From contig MU053304.1 in the NCBI GenBank assembly GCA_013239625.1, positions 2,170,001 to 2,234,000 on the forward strand: a stretch of 64,000 bases of DNA, written 5' to 3'. The stretch is from Lama guanicoe (lineage: Eukaryota). The stretch's first letter is position 1. Each line of letters opens with the position of its first letter. Position numbers and translations under genes: made by a program. Below the pieces are notes generated by a model. It searched no databases, was not told the origin of the DNA, and was given only the letters and a program-made list of their open reading frames with translations. Below are positions 41,148-52,977 of the stretch, one piece after another.

Positions 41148-42789
41148 AAAGCTATCATGTATAGCAGATGACATCTCTGTCCTTTGTAGATGACTTTGCT
41201 GCGTAGTGATCTCCACAGCGTCCTGATCAAAGCGAACTCTGTCTCGCCAAAGCTCTGGCATGTCACCTTCCTGACCATTTGAAGCCTGGGGACAAAATTA
41301 TTTTTAGTTTCCTTCCAACCTGCCAGGATAATGTGCAATCTTGCATCAACCAAAAACATCGTCCTGTAGAGGAATTTTGTCTAGCAAAAGTGAAGTGAGA
41401 ATAAACCCGAATGTGTCTGGACGTAAATGTGTGTCCATAGCATTTATCTGCTATGTCCTGAAGAGCTGGGTGTTCACTGACCCCGCGAAGCCAAGCATTT
41501 CAAATGGGAACACGCAGGTGTCCATGGGGCCACGCACAGGGCCTGAATGAAGCCCTATGAGAAACAGTCTTTGGAATCCAAACCTGGAACATTTGGTTTG
41601 GTTTTCAAATCTTATATTGTTTTGTCTGACTTCTTTTCATTCTTTTATAAGTGTCTCTGTGCTGTTTTGTTTTTATTCTCTGCTCCGTGCCCTCCTTTAT
41701 CACTTGGGAGGAAGATAAGCCCTGAGGGTGTTTCTGGCTGTGCACTTGCTCTGGTCAGGTTTGTAAAGGCTGCCTGGTGTCTCCCTCCCGTACTCATGTG
41801 CATCACAGAGGGACACGGATAGGTAGCACTTGGTCCATGCCTCACCTGCTGTTTAATTATCAATAACTTGCAGTAAACGTTACACAAAATTAATACACGT
41901 TGACTTTTTAAATGGTAGAACATGCAAATTAACAGGAAGAGAGTCAAGGAAAGAAAAAACATTACATGTGATTCAACAACCTGGAAATGGGTACTCTTAG
42001 CACTTTTGTATTTATGCTTCCAGATATTTTAAATGGTTGTCTGAATTTAAATGGCAGGAAATAAGGAGGGAAAATATAATTTGAGTCATATGTTTAAAAT
42101 CATGATTGAACCTAGGAATTTCTGATTCTTAATTCTTCTGTTTCATTCTGTACCTTATCCTGTTTGTTACAGAATGAAGCCCATTGGGCAGTTCTAAAAG
42201 GTGATATAACAGCTACCTTGTCGGTTCTGCTCAGGGTGTAGAAATGATCCGGGATGGCGTGATGGGCTGAGAACTGAGCCAGTCACCAGGTGACTGGACT
42301 TCTGGGTGGGCTGTCTTTGAAGCCTGTCGCTCAGGGTGACCTTGGATGAGCTGCTTCACTTCTCTGGGCATTGTTTTTTTTTTTTTTTAAATCTGTGAAC
42401 TGAGGGAGTTGGTCTAGTTCATCTGGAAGATGTAGTCTGCATTTCCGTCTGGTTCCTCCCACAGAGCTTCACGGTTCATGTGTCCACATTTATTTATAAG
42501 GGAGGACAGGACCAGTATATCTGTGAGAAGAGGTGCCTGAGAAGGGAGATAGGAAACTGAGCACAATCAGATGGCAGTCAGCATTGGCGAGACTAAATAT
42601 CTGAGCTGGAATGAAACAAAGTCTGGAGGAGAGGACCTTTGGAAACGGTAGATAATGATAATATGCACATTGTGACATTTTATATATATCTTCCAAACAC
42701 AAGGCATTCTTCAGTTCACTGATTAAAAATACGGATTTTCTTATGCCTGTGCCTAAGACGCAGATAGCTAGAAAGAGCATCACTTTCAT

Positions 42790-44120
42790 TCCATCAACAA
42801 GAAAAAGCCAGATCGTTTACAAAACCATAGCATCTCTTGAACTCATCAAAGGGCCAAGGTCATAGTACATCCAACTAGCATGAAATATAGAGAGAGTGAG
42901 GCTTCCAAAAACGGACATGTGAGTTATGGCTCAACTGTGGCAGCATGAGGGGAGGATGGCCTGTGATACAAGAGGGTGAGAAAAATTCAGCTAAAATTAT
43001 TAATAATTTTCTAAAGGTCAAGTGTGGGCTAGCACAAGAGTACAGAACCCATGGTGGCTGTGTACCCAAGGGAAACTCACACCAACTCAGAAACCTTCTA
43101 AACTGATCACCGTGAGGGCTTATGAGAAGGAATGAGAGCCAGGCTAGAGGCCAGGGCAAGCCTCCATTTCTGGTACAAGCCTGGAGGAAGGGTGTGGTTA
43201 TTATGCACAAAGCCCCTGGACTCTTCTCTCTAAGAAACATAGGATTTCACAGTGGAGGGAGGCTGACAAATCCTGTTGCTCAAAGGTACTAGGTGGAGAC
43301 CCATTGTGGAAAGGAAAAGAAAAAAATTCCTCTACATCTGGGGGAAAGCCAGGAAACCACTCTAGATCCAGAATGGTAGAGGTCCCTTATAGCAAAGTCA
43401 AGATCATTGAGAGCATGACTTCCAAAATAAAGGACACAGGACATGCCCTAGAAAGCACCCACTATCAAGCAATTGCAATCAACATTTGGGGGCAGGGAAA
43501 GATTGTCAAGGGAGACCCTCTCAGAATCCTAGGTCTACAGAGGAGTCTGAAAGCTGAGGCTGGAGCAGGAATATTGAGACATACTTCCCAGCAAACCAGA
43601 CTCCACCCTGAAGACAAAGTAATACTAGTGGAGTTGAATTTGTAGTACAGCAATTAAAGCCAAACCCAGACCAATCTCAGGCTAGACTGACTTGACACAC
43701 CACACTGATTTTCACTAACAGAAGGAATATAGTCCATTTCAGGTAAATGCTATTGCCTGCACATTCTACTGAAATGACATCCAGAATTCAGTGCAAAAAA
43801 TCAGAAGAAACCATGCATCTCCTCCACTGTGTGGAGACAAAGCCATGAACAAAACCAGACTCAGCAATGACTTGAGTATGGAGTTTAAAATAGCTATGAT
43901 TAATATATGAAAGGCTCTAGTAGAAAAAGTGGAGGGCACACATGAACATGTGGGGAATTTCAACAAAGAGAAACTGTAGGAAAGAAGGAAATGAAACTGC
44001 TAGGGAAGACAAGAACAAGAACCAAAACTGTAACAACAGAATAATAGAGATGAAGTTGGCCTTTAATGAGTTCACCAGTAGACAATACAGCCAAAGAAAG
44101 AAGGCGTGAACTTGAAGACT
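42790..44120 (+). mobile_element. Old L1 5' region and start of ORF1 (L1M4/L1MD/L1ME-type)
   Basis: ORF1-like relic tttaaaatagctatgattaatatatgaaaggctctagtagaaaaagtgga...ggggaatttcaacaaagagaaac...agccaaagaaagaaggcgtgaacttgaagac. Confidence 0.7.
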
Positions 44121-44124
44121 GGCC

Positions 44125-46853
44125 CTTGTGTTGATTGTATTGATTTCCTGTTTTATATTTTATTGATTTCTCCTCTGATCTTTATTATTTGGTTTCTTTT
44201 ACTCACTTTCAAGTTTCATTTATTCTACCGTTTTTTCCCCCTTAAAGTTGGAGCTGAGTTTACTGAATAGAGAACTTTCTTCTGTATTTCTAATTTATTT
44301 CTAATATTGGCATTTGTGCTATAAAATTTCCCTTAAGTATTGTCTTAGCGGCATCCCAGAATTTTTGATATATTATGGTTTCATTTTCATTCAATTCAAA
44401 ATAATTTCTATTTCACCTTTGATTTGTTTCTTCATCCATTGGTTATTAGAAATGTGCTGTTTTGTTTCCATGTATTTGGAAAATGTACAGGGATTATTTT
44501 CTGTTATTACTTTGTATAACTTGAATCCTTAATTTACTGGACTTTTTCATGGCTCAGAATCTTGTCTGTCTTGGTAAATGTTTTATGTACTCTTGAATTC
44601 TGTTGTTTTTTAGTGAAGTGGTTTATAATTATCAATCATGTCAGGTTGATTGATGGTGTTATTCAAACCTTCTGTATTCTTACAGATTTTCTGTCTACTT
44701 ATTCTGTATCAGTTTTGGAGAGAGAAGTATTGAAATTGCTAACCATTTTTCTTTTTTGTCTATTTATCCTTGTGATCGATCATTTTTTTGGCTTCTTTAT
44801 ATTTAGAGTGAGTTTCTTATAGACAGCATAAAGCATAAATTTCACTATATTTTTTATTTGAGATATTTAGGCCATTTATATTTTATATAATTTTTGATAT
44901 GTTTAATTTTAAATCTATCTTATTTATAAGTTTTCAATTTTTCTTATCTTTTCTTGGTTAACTTTTTCCTCTATTTCTGCCTTCTTTTTTTATGATTCCA
45001 TTTTATCTTCTTCTTATTATGTATAAATCTTTGACTTGTTATTTTATTTATAAACTTATGGTTTACAGTATACACCTTTGACTTATCACAACCTATCTTC
45101 AAATGATATTAAACCATGTCACATATACTGTTAATCCTTACTTCCATTTTTACCTTTTCTAACCTTTGTACTAGTATGGCAATACATCTTACTTTTATAT
45201 ATGCTAAAATCCCTTTCCATATTGTTACTATGTTTAATAATTTTTAAATAGTCAATTATCTTTGATTGAATTTTAAATAAGAAAGAACTTGTTAATCCAT
45301 ATGGTTAATTCTTCTATACTCTTCATTCACTTGTAGGTCTATATTTTCATCTCTTCTTTCTGCTTGATTGACTTTCTTTAACATTTCTTACAGAAAATAT
45401 CCACTAGAAATGAATTGTTTCAATTTTATTTCACCTTCATTCTATATCCAGAATTCTGGGAATCGAATTCTAGGCTTACATTTGAAATTATCGTATTTTC
45501 AAGGTGTTATTCTCCCATCTTCTCACTTGCATTATTTTCAATAAAAAATGAGCTATCATCTTTACCTTTGTTCTTTTGATTTTGATTATGATGTGCTGTT
45601 ATTTAATTTTTTTCTATTTCTTACACTTGGGGCTTAATGGGATTCTTGTATATATGAGTTTGTAATTTTCTCAGATTTAGAAAATTTCTGGCTATTATTT
45701 CCTCAGAATTTTTTCTTGTTCCTCCTTACTTCTCTGGAACTTCAATTTTACATTGTAAATTTTACATTTACGATTTTACGTTAGGATATTTGAAGCTGTC
45801 CCTTCATTCCTTGATACATTTTTCCCCTCTTTTCTGTGTGTTTCATTTTGAATAGTTTCTATTATTATGTCTTCAAGTTCACCAATCTTTTCTTCTATAA
45901 TGGAATAGCATGCCTTGACATTGTATTTTTTATCTTTAGAAGTTAGATTTGGGTCTTTTTTATCTTCAATATCTCTACTTACTTTTTGGAATATATCAAA
46001 TCCAGTTTTAATGCCGTTGCCTGATCATTTTAACATCTGTGTCAGTTCTGGGAAGATTTAGATTAATTGATTTGTCTCTTTATTACAGGTTCTATTTTCC
46101 TGCCTTTTTGCATGCCTGGTGACTTTTGATTGTATGTTAGACATTTTGAATTTTACTGTGTTGGTTGCTGGATATTTTTGTATTCCTTTAAATATGTTTC
46201 AGCTATTTTTATGGAATTCAATTAAATTGAAGGACTGTGATCGTTTTAGATTGTCTTTTAAAGATTTACAAGTGGAATCAGAGTGGCATTTCGTTTAATG
46301 CTAATTTTTTTCTACCACTGAGACTAGACATTGAGTATTCTACCCAAGTGCCTTTTACTCATGAGTTTTTCCATTCATTGGTAGATACAGTTGACTTTGC
46401 ACCAGTGTGTGCACCATGGTGTGAACACCAGCACAGTAACTAATTCTTTCCAGTGGTTCATTTCCAGCATTAGTTAATTTTCTTTCATGTATACTCTGAT
46501 TATTTAAGGGGATCCTCTGCAGACTTCCAGAGTTCTCTCTCTGTGCAGATTTGTCCTTTTTTTTTTGGTCTCCCTGGGCTTTCGTTTCTGTCTCCTTAGG
46601 CTCAGGGACTCTGCTAAGCCCTGCGTTTCTCCTTCCTGCATGGCAGCCTGCAAACTCTTTCAAGCTAGCAAGTTCGGAAATTGTATAGCTTATCTCATTT
46701 GTATCGAATCTTTCAGGGATCACGGTCCTTCGGTTGCCTGATATCCAGTGTCTCCCAAATTGTTGTGTCATAATTTTTTTCCAGTTCGTTTGGTTATTTA
46801 AATGGCAGGGTCTGTTTGGTTCCTGTTACTTCATCTTGATTGAAAATGAAGTG
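44125..46853 (-). mobile_element. Old L1 5' UTR, ORF1 and early ORF2 relic
   Basis: T-rich antisense L1 (gtgctataaaatttcccttaagtattg...gtttcttatagacagcata...gtcttcaagttcaccaatcttttcttct...cctgttacttcatcttgattgaaaatgaagt). Confidence 0.75.
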
Positions 46854-47070
46854 GAAGATACTGATCTTTAGCAGTTAATTGTACTCAGTGCAATAAGACA
46901 CTCCCACCACCAGGGGCATGTGAAAATAACTTAGAGAAGAACAGAGTTCTAAATGCTTATTACTGTCCCATATGCATTGTGTGGAATGACCCGACAGACG
47001 ATTTCGCCCATTTATATTATTGCTTCTCTCTCATTCACTCACTCACACTCTGTTAGTTCAATATTCATAA

Positions 47071-47136
47071 TTTAAATATAGGTATGGGTTAATTCAGCTG
47101 TACTTTAAATATAGATATGAGTTAATTCAGCTGTAC
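47071..47136 (+). repeat. 33-bp tandem duplication
   Basis: tttaaatataggtatgggttaattcagctgtac followed by tttaaatatagatatgagttaattcagctgtac (2 mismatches). Confidence 0.92.
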
Positions 47137-47199
47137 TTGAATTTTTTCCAGGAGTGGGTGAAATGTTTGTTCTATGCTCCTACAATTTGTCATTTTACG

Positions 47200-47593
47200 T
47201 TGAGGGTTGCAAATTCCAATGCCTATAAGGGTCAAACAAGTCATATATAGGAGTGAAGTCAGTAAGGCATAAAATGACATAGTCACTGGCATTTAGTACA
47301 GAAGAGAGAGCTGGCACTGGGAGCAGGAGGGACCATGACACATTGCAGAGGAAAATGCCTAAGTAAGTAAGGGCCATTGCAACAACCAGCAGAAACTAAT
47401 TGTTGCCCTAAGGGAATGCAAGTTGCTTTTGTAGATCTTCTGATCTTTCAGAATAGGTGGAAATGCAAATTTTATCATATATACCTCAATTTTTAAAATA
47501 CTATTTCAAATTTTAAGCATAAGGCAGTCTGTGAATCAAATAAAACATATTTATAAGCCAGATATGCCTTCAGGCTGTAAGATTGCAACCTGT
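47200..47593. mobile_element. MER102-like hAT-Charlie element
   Basis: agggttgcaaattccaatgcctataagggtca...aaataaaacatatttataagccagatatgccttcaggctgtaagattgcaacct; the ends form imperfect TIRs (ggttgcaa / ttgcaacc). Confidence 0.7.
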
Positions 47594-48191
47594 GTTCAAC
47601 AATAAATTGTTTAACTGTTAACAGAAAAAGTTCAGAAAATTACAGAAACTACGTAAGCTAGGGAAATAGCACATATGTATTCGTGTGTGTGTGTATATAT
47701 ATATTTCAGATCAGTAACAAAAGATAAATAAGTGAATACACACACATACTACAGACTCCCCTGAATGAGCCTTCACAAGCCTTGGGCTGTTTGCATCCTC
47801 TGTGGCCATGGAGTTATTTTTATCCCACATAATCTCTTGAGAGAATCTGTGATGTTCAGAAGAAATGCTTCCAGAATTAAAACTGCATGAATAAATATGG
47901 GCGTGTGATCATGAGTATTTTCAGTTAGTTTAATAATAGCTATCACTTTAATAGATATAGACAGCCTTTTAAATTTATGAGTTTCTGGATGTAGGCCTTT
48001 AAGATTAAGCTGTAACTTTTTGGAATATGGCAGTTACTGGGATAATTTGCAGCAAGAAGGATCGTGCCAAATTCTGTCAGTCTTTCTCTGAAATACCAGA
48101 TCAACATAAATTGCATTAAAAATTAATTCTTGAAATAAAACAGTGCAATTTTGTATATGCCTGCTAGATTTGGGGAGATTATCCAACCCTG

Positions 48192-48691
48192 TGTCGACTG
48201 AAATAAATGCACAACCTAAAAGTTTAGTGTTATGTTTTATTTGGCGGATGTTTCTAAGTACTCGAACCCCTTCGGGCCCAGGATGACAGCCTCTCAGATC
48301 GCCCTAAGTGACTGCTTGAAGAGGCAGGGGAGGAGCTAGGATGTATAGGAGCTTTACAACAAAGACCAGGTAGTTGAAACATTAAAAGATTACTTGTTAA
48401 CTAAAGAAAACCAGGCATCTCAAGTTAAAGAATTTAGGGCTTTTCTTTGTATGGGAGAGAGCAAACATTTGGGCTCATTGAATTCATTCCTTTGACAAGC
48501 ACCTAGCTATCTAGGGCCAGTATCCTGTCCTTTCTTATTCTGAGTCCCCTCAGGGTGCGCCATTGTGAGTGGCTGCAGAGGCCGGGCTGCAGGCTTGTCT
48601 TCACTGGGGGGTGGCGGCAGCCGCTGATGACTTGATGGTTTCAGCATTCTTTGTTTACCGATATGGTTTGCAGTATTTTATTTTTTTCACA
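48192..48691 (-). mobile_element. ERV1-class solo LTR, MER41-like (cetartiodactyl lineage)
   Basis: 500 bp with TG...CA termini and a perfect 4-bp TSD cctg (48188-48191 and 48692-48695). Minus-strand AATAAA at 48236-48241. The end tgtcgactgaaataaatgcacaacctaaaag resembles recalled MER41_BT-type consensus. Confidence 0.85.
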
Positions 48692-50370
48692 CCTGCTTTA
48701 CTTTGAAGAAAGACAAAAACGAACAGACAAACAAAACCTTTGCATGAAAACATGTCTAAATGAAAGTTGAATTTAATTCATTAAAATTTTCCCTTTTTCA
48801 TTCCTATAATTACTCTTAATCATATAACAAATCATTTGCTGTTTATTTAACAAAATATTTTTCTTGCTTTTATATTTTTTTTGGAAAATGCTAGAATAAG
48901 TATTTAAAAGCAGAAATCTAAGAATTTACATTGAAAATAAGCAAAAGATTATTTGATCATATTAAAGGACACAAAAGAATATCACATTTGTTTCTTTTCT
49001 CATATGTGGGTCCTGAATACAATTTTACTTTAGAGACAAGTGTGGTGTACAATATAAGGGAAGTACAACTGAGTTCCAGTCATTCTTCCAGAACCCCAAA
49101 GTAGTAAAATGAAACATGATTATGCGTGGAATGTCCAAGCCCTCCTGATTTTTGCACACTTGTACAATTAACATTTGTTTGGGGTACTGGGTTTTTCCAT
49201 TAATTCGATTCACCCACTTGTTCTTTCTGGTTCTCATGAGAACATTTGCAATATTTTTGAAGCCTGATTAGGGCATTACTGAGTCAGTAATTTGCAAGTT
49301 AAAACTGACCATTATCATCAGCCTTCCAAATGCAAAGATGAACTAGGGATTAAAACTTTAATGCTTCCCCTCTCATTTGAGTGGAAGATAGGGTTCCAGT
49401 TATCTTAGAAGAAGAGGAGGCAGAATTTGCCTTTGAAAGAAGTTTTATATTTTGGATACTGAATCAATACAAAGGTGAGATATACTCAATTTGAATTGGT
49501 AAAATATGTAAATCCTCGCCTGCTAAACTGTCAGAGATTAATGTCTGAATACGAGTAGGAAGCGCCAACTGTAAAATTATACAGGGCATGGCGATTACCC
49601 CATCTGCATAATGGGGCTTGATTTAGAGGCTCCATTTTAGGTTCATACATAAAGCACCCAATGTAGAATGCCCAGCTTTGTTTAATTGGTCCAGGGCAGT
49701 GCCCTCATTTTCTCCTACACCACTCACTTCCCTTCTTCAAGAATGAATAACACATTTTCTTTGTGGAGCCCTGTGCATCTTGATTTGGGAACAGGAGCTT
49801 TTCCAAGCTATTCTATTCGATTCCTTTTGCGTTGCCTTTTGATAATGCTACTGGATGATGCTATTTGAGGTTGTATTATCTTTCCTGCGCTTGTTTGTCC
49901 AGGCAAAGAACAAATGATATCATTGTTGACAGGGTGTAAGAAGCATTTTGTTGATAGATGAGAAAACTGAGGCCCAGCAAGTACAAGGTCAGGCAGGTAC
50001 AAGTTCCGGCAGAGCTGCTTGTAGCAAATGGATCCTGATTGCTCAACAAGAGCTCTTGCCGCCCGAATTGGGTGTCATTGCAGTACAGTGTTTGGCTGTC
50101 TCTTGAGAAATGGGATTCAACTTGTTTTGGCAGTAGCTCAAAGGGCTTTTTCTTAGACATGAAAAATCTGGGGACTGTAAGACTTTGGTTAGGTTTGGTG
50201 CTTGATCATTAAGACTCCACCTATTCAAATAACTAAGTGCAAGATTCATTTTATTTTTTTAAAGATGATGTTACTGTTCAGTTCTGCAGATTAACATTTA
50301 TGAAGTCCTTTTGAAATTTTCATGTGTCTCCATTTTATTTTCACAGGTGATTGTTTATTAAAAAGTAGTT

Positions 50371-50575
50371 TGTATTAGTGAGACTCTGTGAGTTCCAAGG
50401 ATCAGACACCTAACTCAAGCTCACTTAAGCATAAAAGGCAGTGGGTTGGTTCATACTGTGCATAAGTGGGTACATCTGAGTCAGACGCAGCTGGATCCAG
50501 GGACTCGGTGCTGTCAAGTCTGTGACTCTGCTTCTCAGCTCTCCTTGTCTGTGTGGTGCTGTCATTCACAGACAT
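50371..50575 (-). mobile_element. MaLR LTR fragment (MLT1K/L-like)
   Basis: tgtattagtgagactct...cctaactcaagctcacttaagcataaaagg...cagacgcagctggatccagggactc. Confidence 0.6.
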
Positions 50576-50624
50576 TCAGCCGGTCTTGAGTTTCCTCTGC
50601 ATCAATGCCTTTGGTTAGGGATGT

Positions 50625-51013
50625 GGTGTACTCAGACGGCCAGAACTACTATGAGAAGTAGATGAAAAGGTTTATTCAAGGAATGAGTTTATGCAATTGT
50701 GGGGGTCCGCTAGGCAAGCCTGAAATCCTTAGGGCAGGCTGTCAGGAATGGTGGGCTGGAACGCTGATACAGACTGGAATTGGTGTTCACAGGTAGAATT
50801 TCTTCTTCAGGGAAGTCTCAGCTCACTTGTTAAGGTCTTTGAATTGATTTAATCAGGCCCACCTAGATTATCTAGGATAATTTGCCTTGTTTCAATTCAA
50901 TTGATTATGAACTTTAATTACATCCACAGAATACCTTCATGGCAATACTTAGTGTTTGCTTGAATAACCGAGCATGGTAGCCTATCCAAGTTGACACGTA
51001 AACTGATCCTCAG
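50625..51013 (-). mobile_element. ERVL LTR (MLT2C/D-like)
   Basis: agaatttcttcttcagggaagtctcag...aggcccacctagattatctaggataat...aataccttcatggcaatacttag...gcctatccaagttgacacgtaaactgatcctca. Confidence 0.78.
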
Positions 51014-51542
51014 AGTGGCCAACTGGAGTTCTAGTAGATTCTGTGTGGACTTGTGAAATGGAAGCCTTGTCCTGATATAAATTCCAAAACCTGTACTGCC
51101 TTTGTATTGACTCAAATGGGACCTGTGTCTGGTGGTTCATATTTAGATGAGTGTATTTGTGGAGGCAGGTCATCCATCATTCACTTCTTTCAGTCTTGTG
51201 TTTATTTCACAAACCATTGCAGGTCCAGAAAGATCAAGTTGGATGAAGTAGTGAGCAGGTATATGCCATCTACCCTGGTTTAGAGATCATTATTTTTATA
51301 TTTGTACTGCATACTTTTCTTTCATTTCATCACCTGCATTACCTTCCACAAATATTTTGTTGGACTTCTGTTTCATGTGATGTTTTAGGTCCTTACGATA
51401 CTTCATTGGTTAAAACAGTTTCTGTTTATATGGCATTTATATTCCAGTGGATGATGGCAGACAATAAAATACATTTCTTAGTGGTGATAAGTAGTGGTAT
51501 GATTAAGAAAGTGGGGAAGGGAATAGACAATGATGAGCATTA

Positions 51543-52977
51543 TACGGACCAAGCTTAGCTATGTAATTTACGAGGCCAAGGGCAGAATGAAAATCAATGC
51601 CCTCTATTCAAAAAGTAGGAAAAAAGTGCCATTAAAAGTACTAAAATATAAACTTTTTCCTTTCTTCCGTAAATCTCTCTCTGGAATCATTATGGTGGTG
51701 TCTCTTTTTCGTTTAATTTTCTGTTGAGTACTGTTCTAAGTAAAGAAAAGTTTTAAATTTAGGTTATTAAGATGAATTTATCATTCATCATTATATGGTG
51801 CAATGTCCACTTTAAATAAGAGTGGAATCATTCAAATTACTCAATTTGCAAAAAAAAAAAAATTACCCAATTTGCATTTCCTGCTTCATGGGTGAACCTG
51901 AATGTGAACTCACGTGTATTTATTTCACTTCTAAAACCTGCACATTCCAGCGACACTTGACCTTTGGTTTACGGCTGAGTAAGGAGGGGCTGCAAGCAGG
52001 AGGCGCTGTGGTGGCCCTGCCTCTCCCTTTCCCTCTATGTCATCGTTTTCAGTGCAGGTGGTTGTCTCATGCCAGGAAGTCACGCAAACAAAAAGCATAG
52101 GCTAGGGTTCCTTGATCATTTATTTCTTAAAATATAGCTGACTTCATTCCTCTATTGGAAGCAAATTCTCATTCTGAAGTGTGGCCTCCTGGCTTCCTGA
52201 CTTATAGCCTTAACGTGCTTCCCGTGTCCAGGCAGACCTCAGATACACTCTGAGTTCAGCTCTAGACCTCTGCAATAAAGTGACTGTCATAACACAGTCA
52301 GTGCATATGAATTTCTTGTTTCCTGGTGCATATGAAAGTTGTGTTTATACTCTCCTCTTATCTATTAAGTGTGCAAGAGCATTATGTCTAAAGAAACAAT
52401 GTGCATACCTTAACTTAAAAAAACTACTTTATCGCTAAAGAACGCTAACAGTCGATCTGAACCTTCAGTGTGTCATACTCTTTTTGCAATAGCCACATCA
52501 AAGATCACTGAACACAGGTGACCACAACAAACATAATAATAATGAAAAAGTTCGAAATACTGCAAGAATTTCTGAAATTTGATGCAGAGGCACAAAGTGA
52601 GAAAATGCTGTTGGAAAAATGGTGCTGATGGACTTGCTTGATGCAGGGTCTCTGCAAAATAAAACGAAACAAAAACGCAGTATCTATAGACTGCAGTAAA
52701 GTAAAGAGCAATAAAACAAGGCATTCCTGGACTGATTTTGCATCTTGCAGAATTCCTACGTGTTGAGGGTGGGGAGAGGGGGACACATGTTGCACTTGTT
52801 TCCTCTGCTCAGACGTGTGCTCTACTGTCTCATCAGACTTAACAAAAAACTTACACAAATAAAGTTATTAAGAATTTCAGTGACATTAAACCAAGAGAAT
52901 TAAACCAGGCATGGAGCCCTCCTGAGCACGGGGTCCTGAGTGACTGTACAGGATGCATGCCTATGAAACCAGCTCTG
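51543..52977. mobile_element. MER45B-like hAT-Tip100 element (interrupted by Tigger)
   Basis: Left end taatttacgaggccaagggcagaatgaaaatcaatgccctctattcaaaaa and right end cctgagcacggggtcctgagtgactgtacaggatgcatgcctatgaaaccagctctg match the recalled MER45 termini. Confidence 0.75.
52229..52729 (-). mobile_element. Internally deleted Tigger1 derivative (Tigger1a-like; TcMar)
   Basis: TIR-like ends caggcagacctc... and ...aataaaacaaggcattcctg, plus Tigger1 terminal sequence (aagtgtgcaagagcattatgtcta; aaaatgctgttggaaaaatggtgc). Confidence 0.88.

Noticed and set aside
46355..46771. 138-aa minus-strand ORF
   Set aside because: It lies in the decayed 5' region of an old L1 and resembles no protein I recognise.
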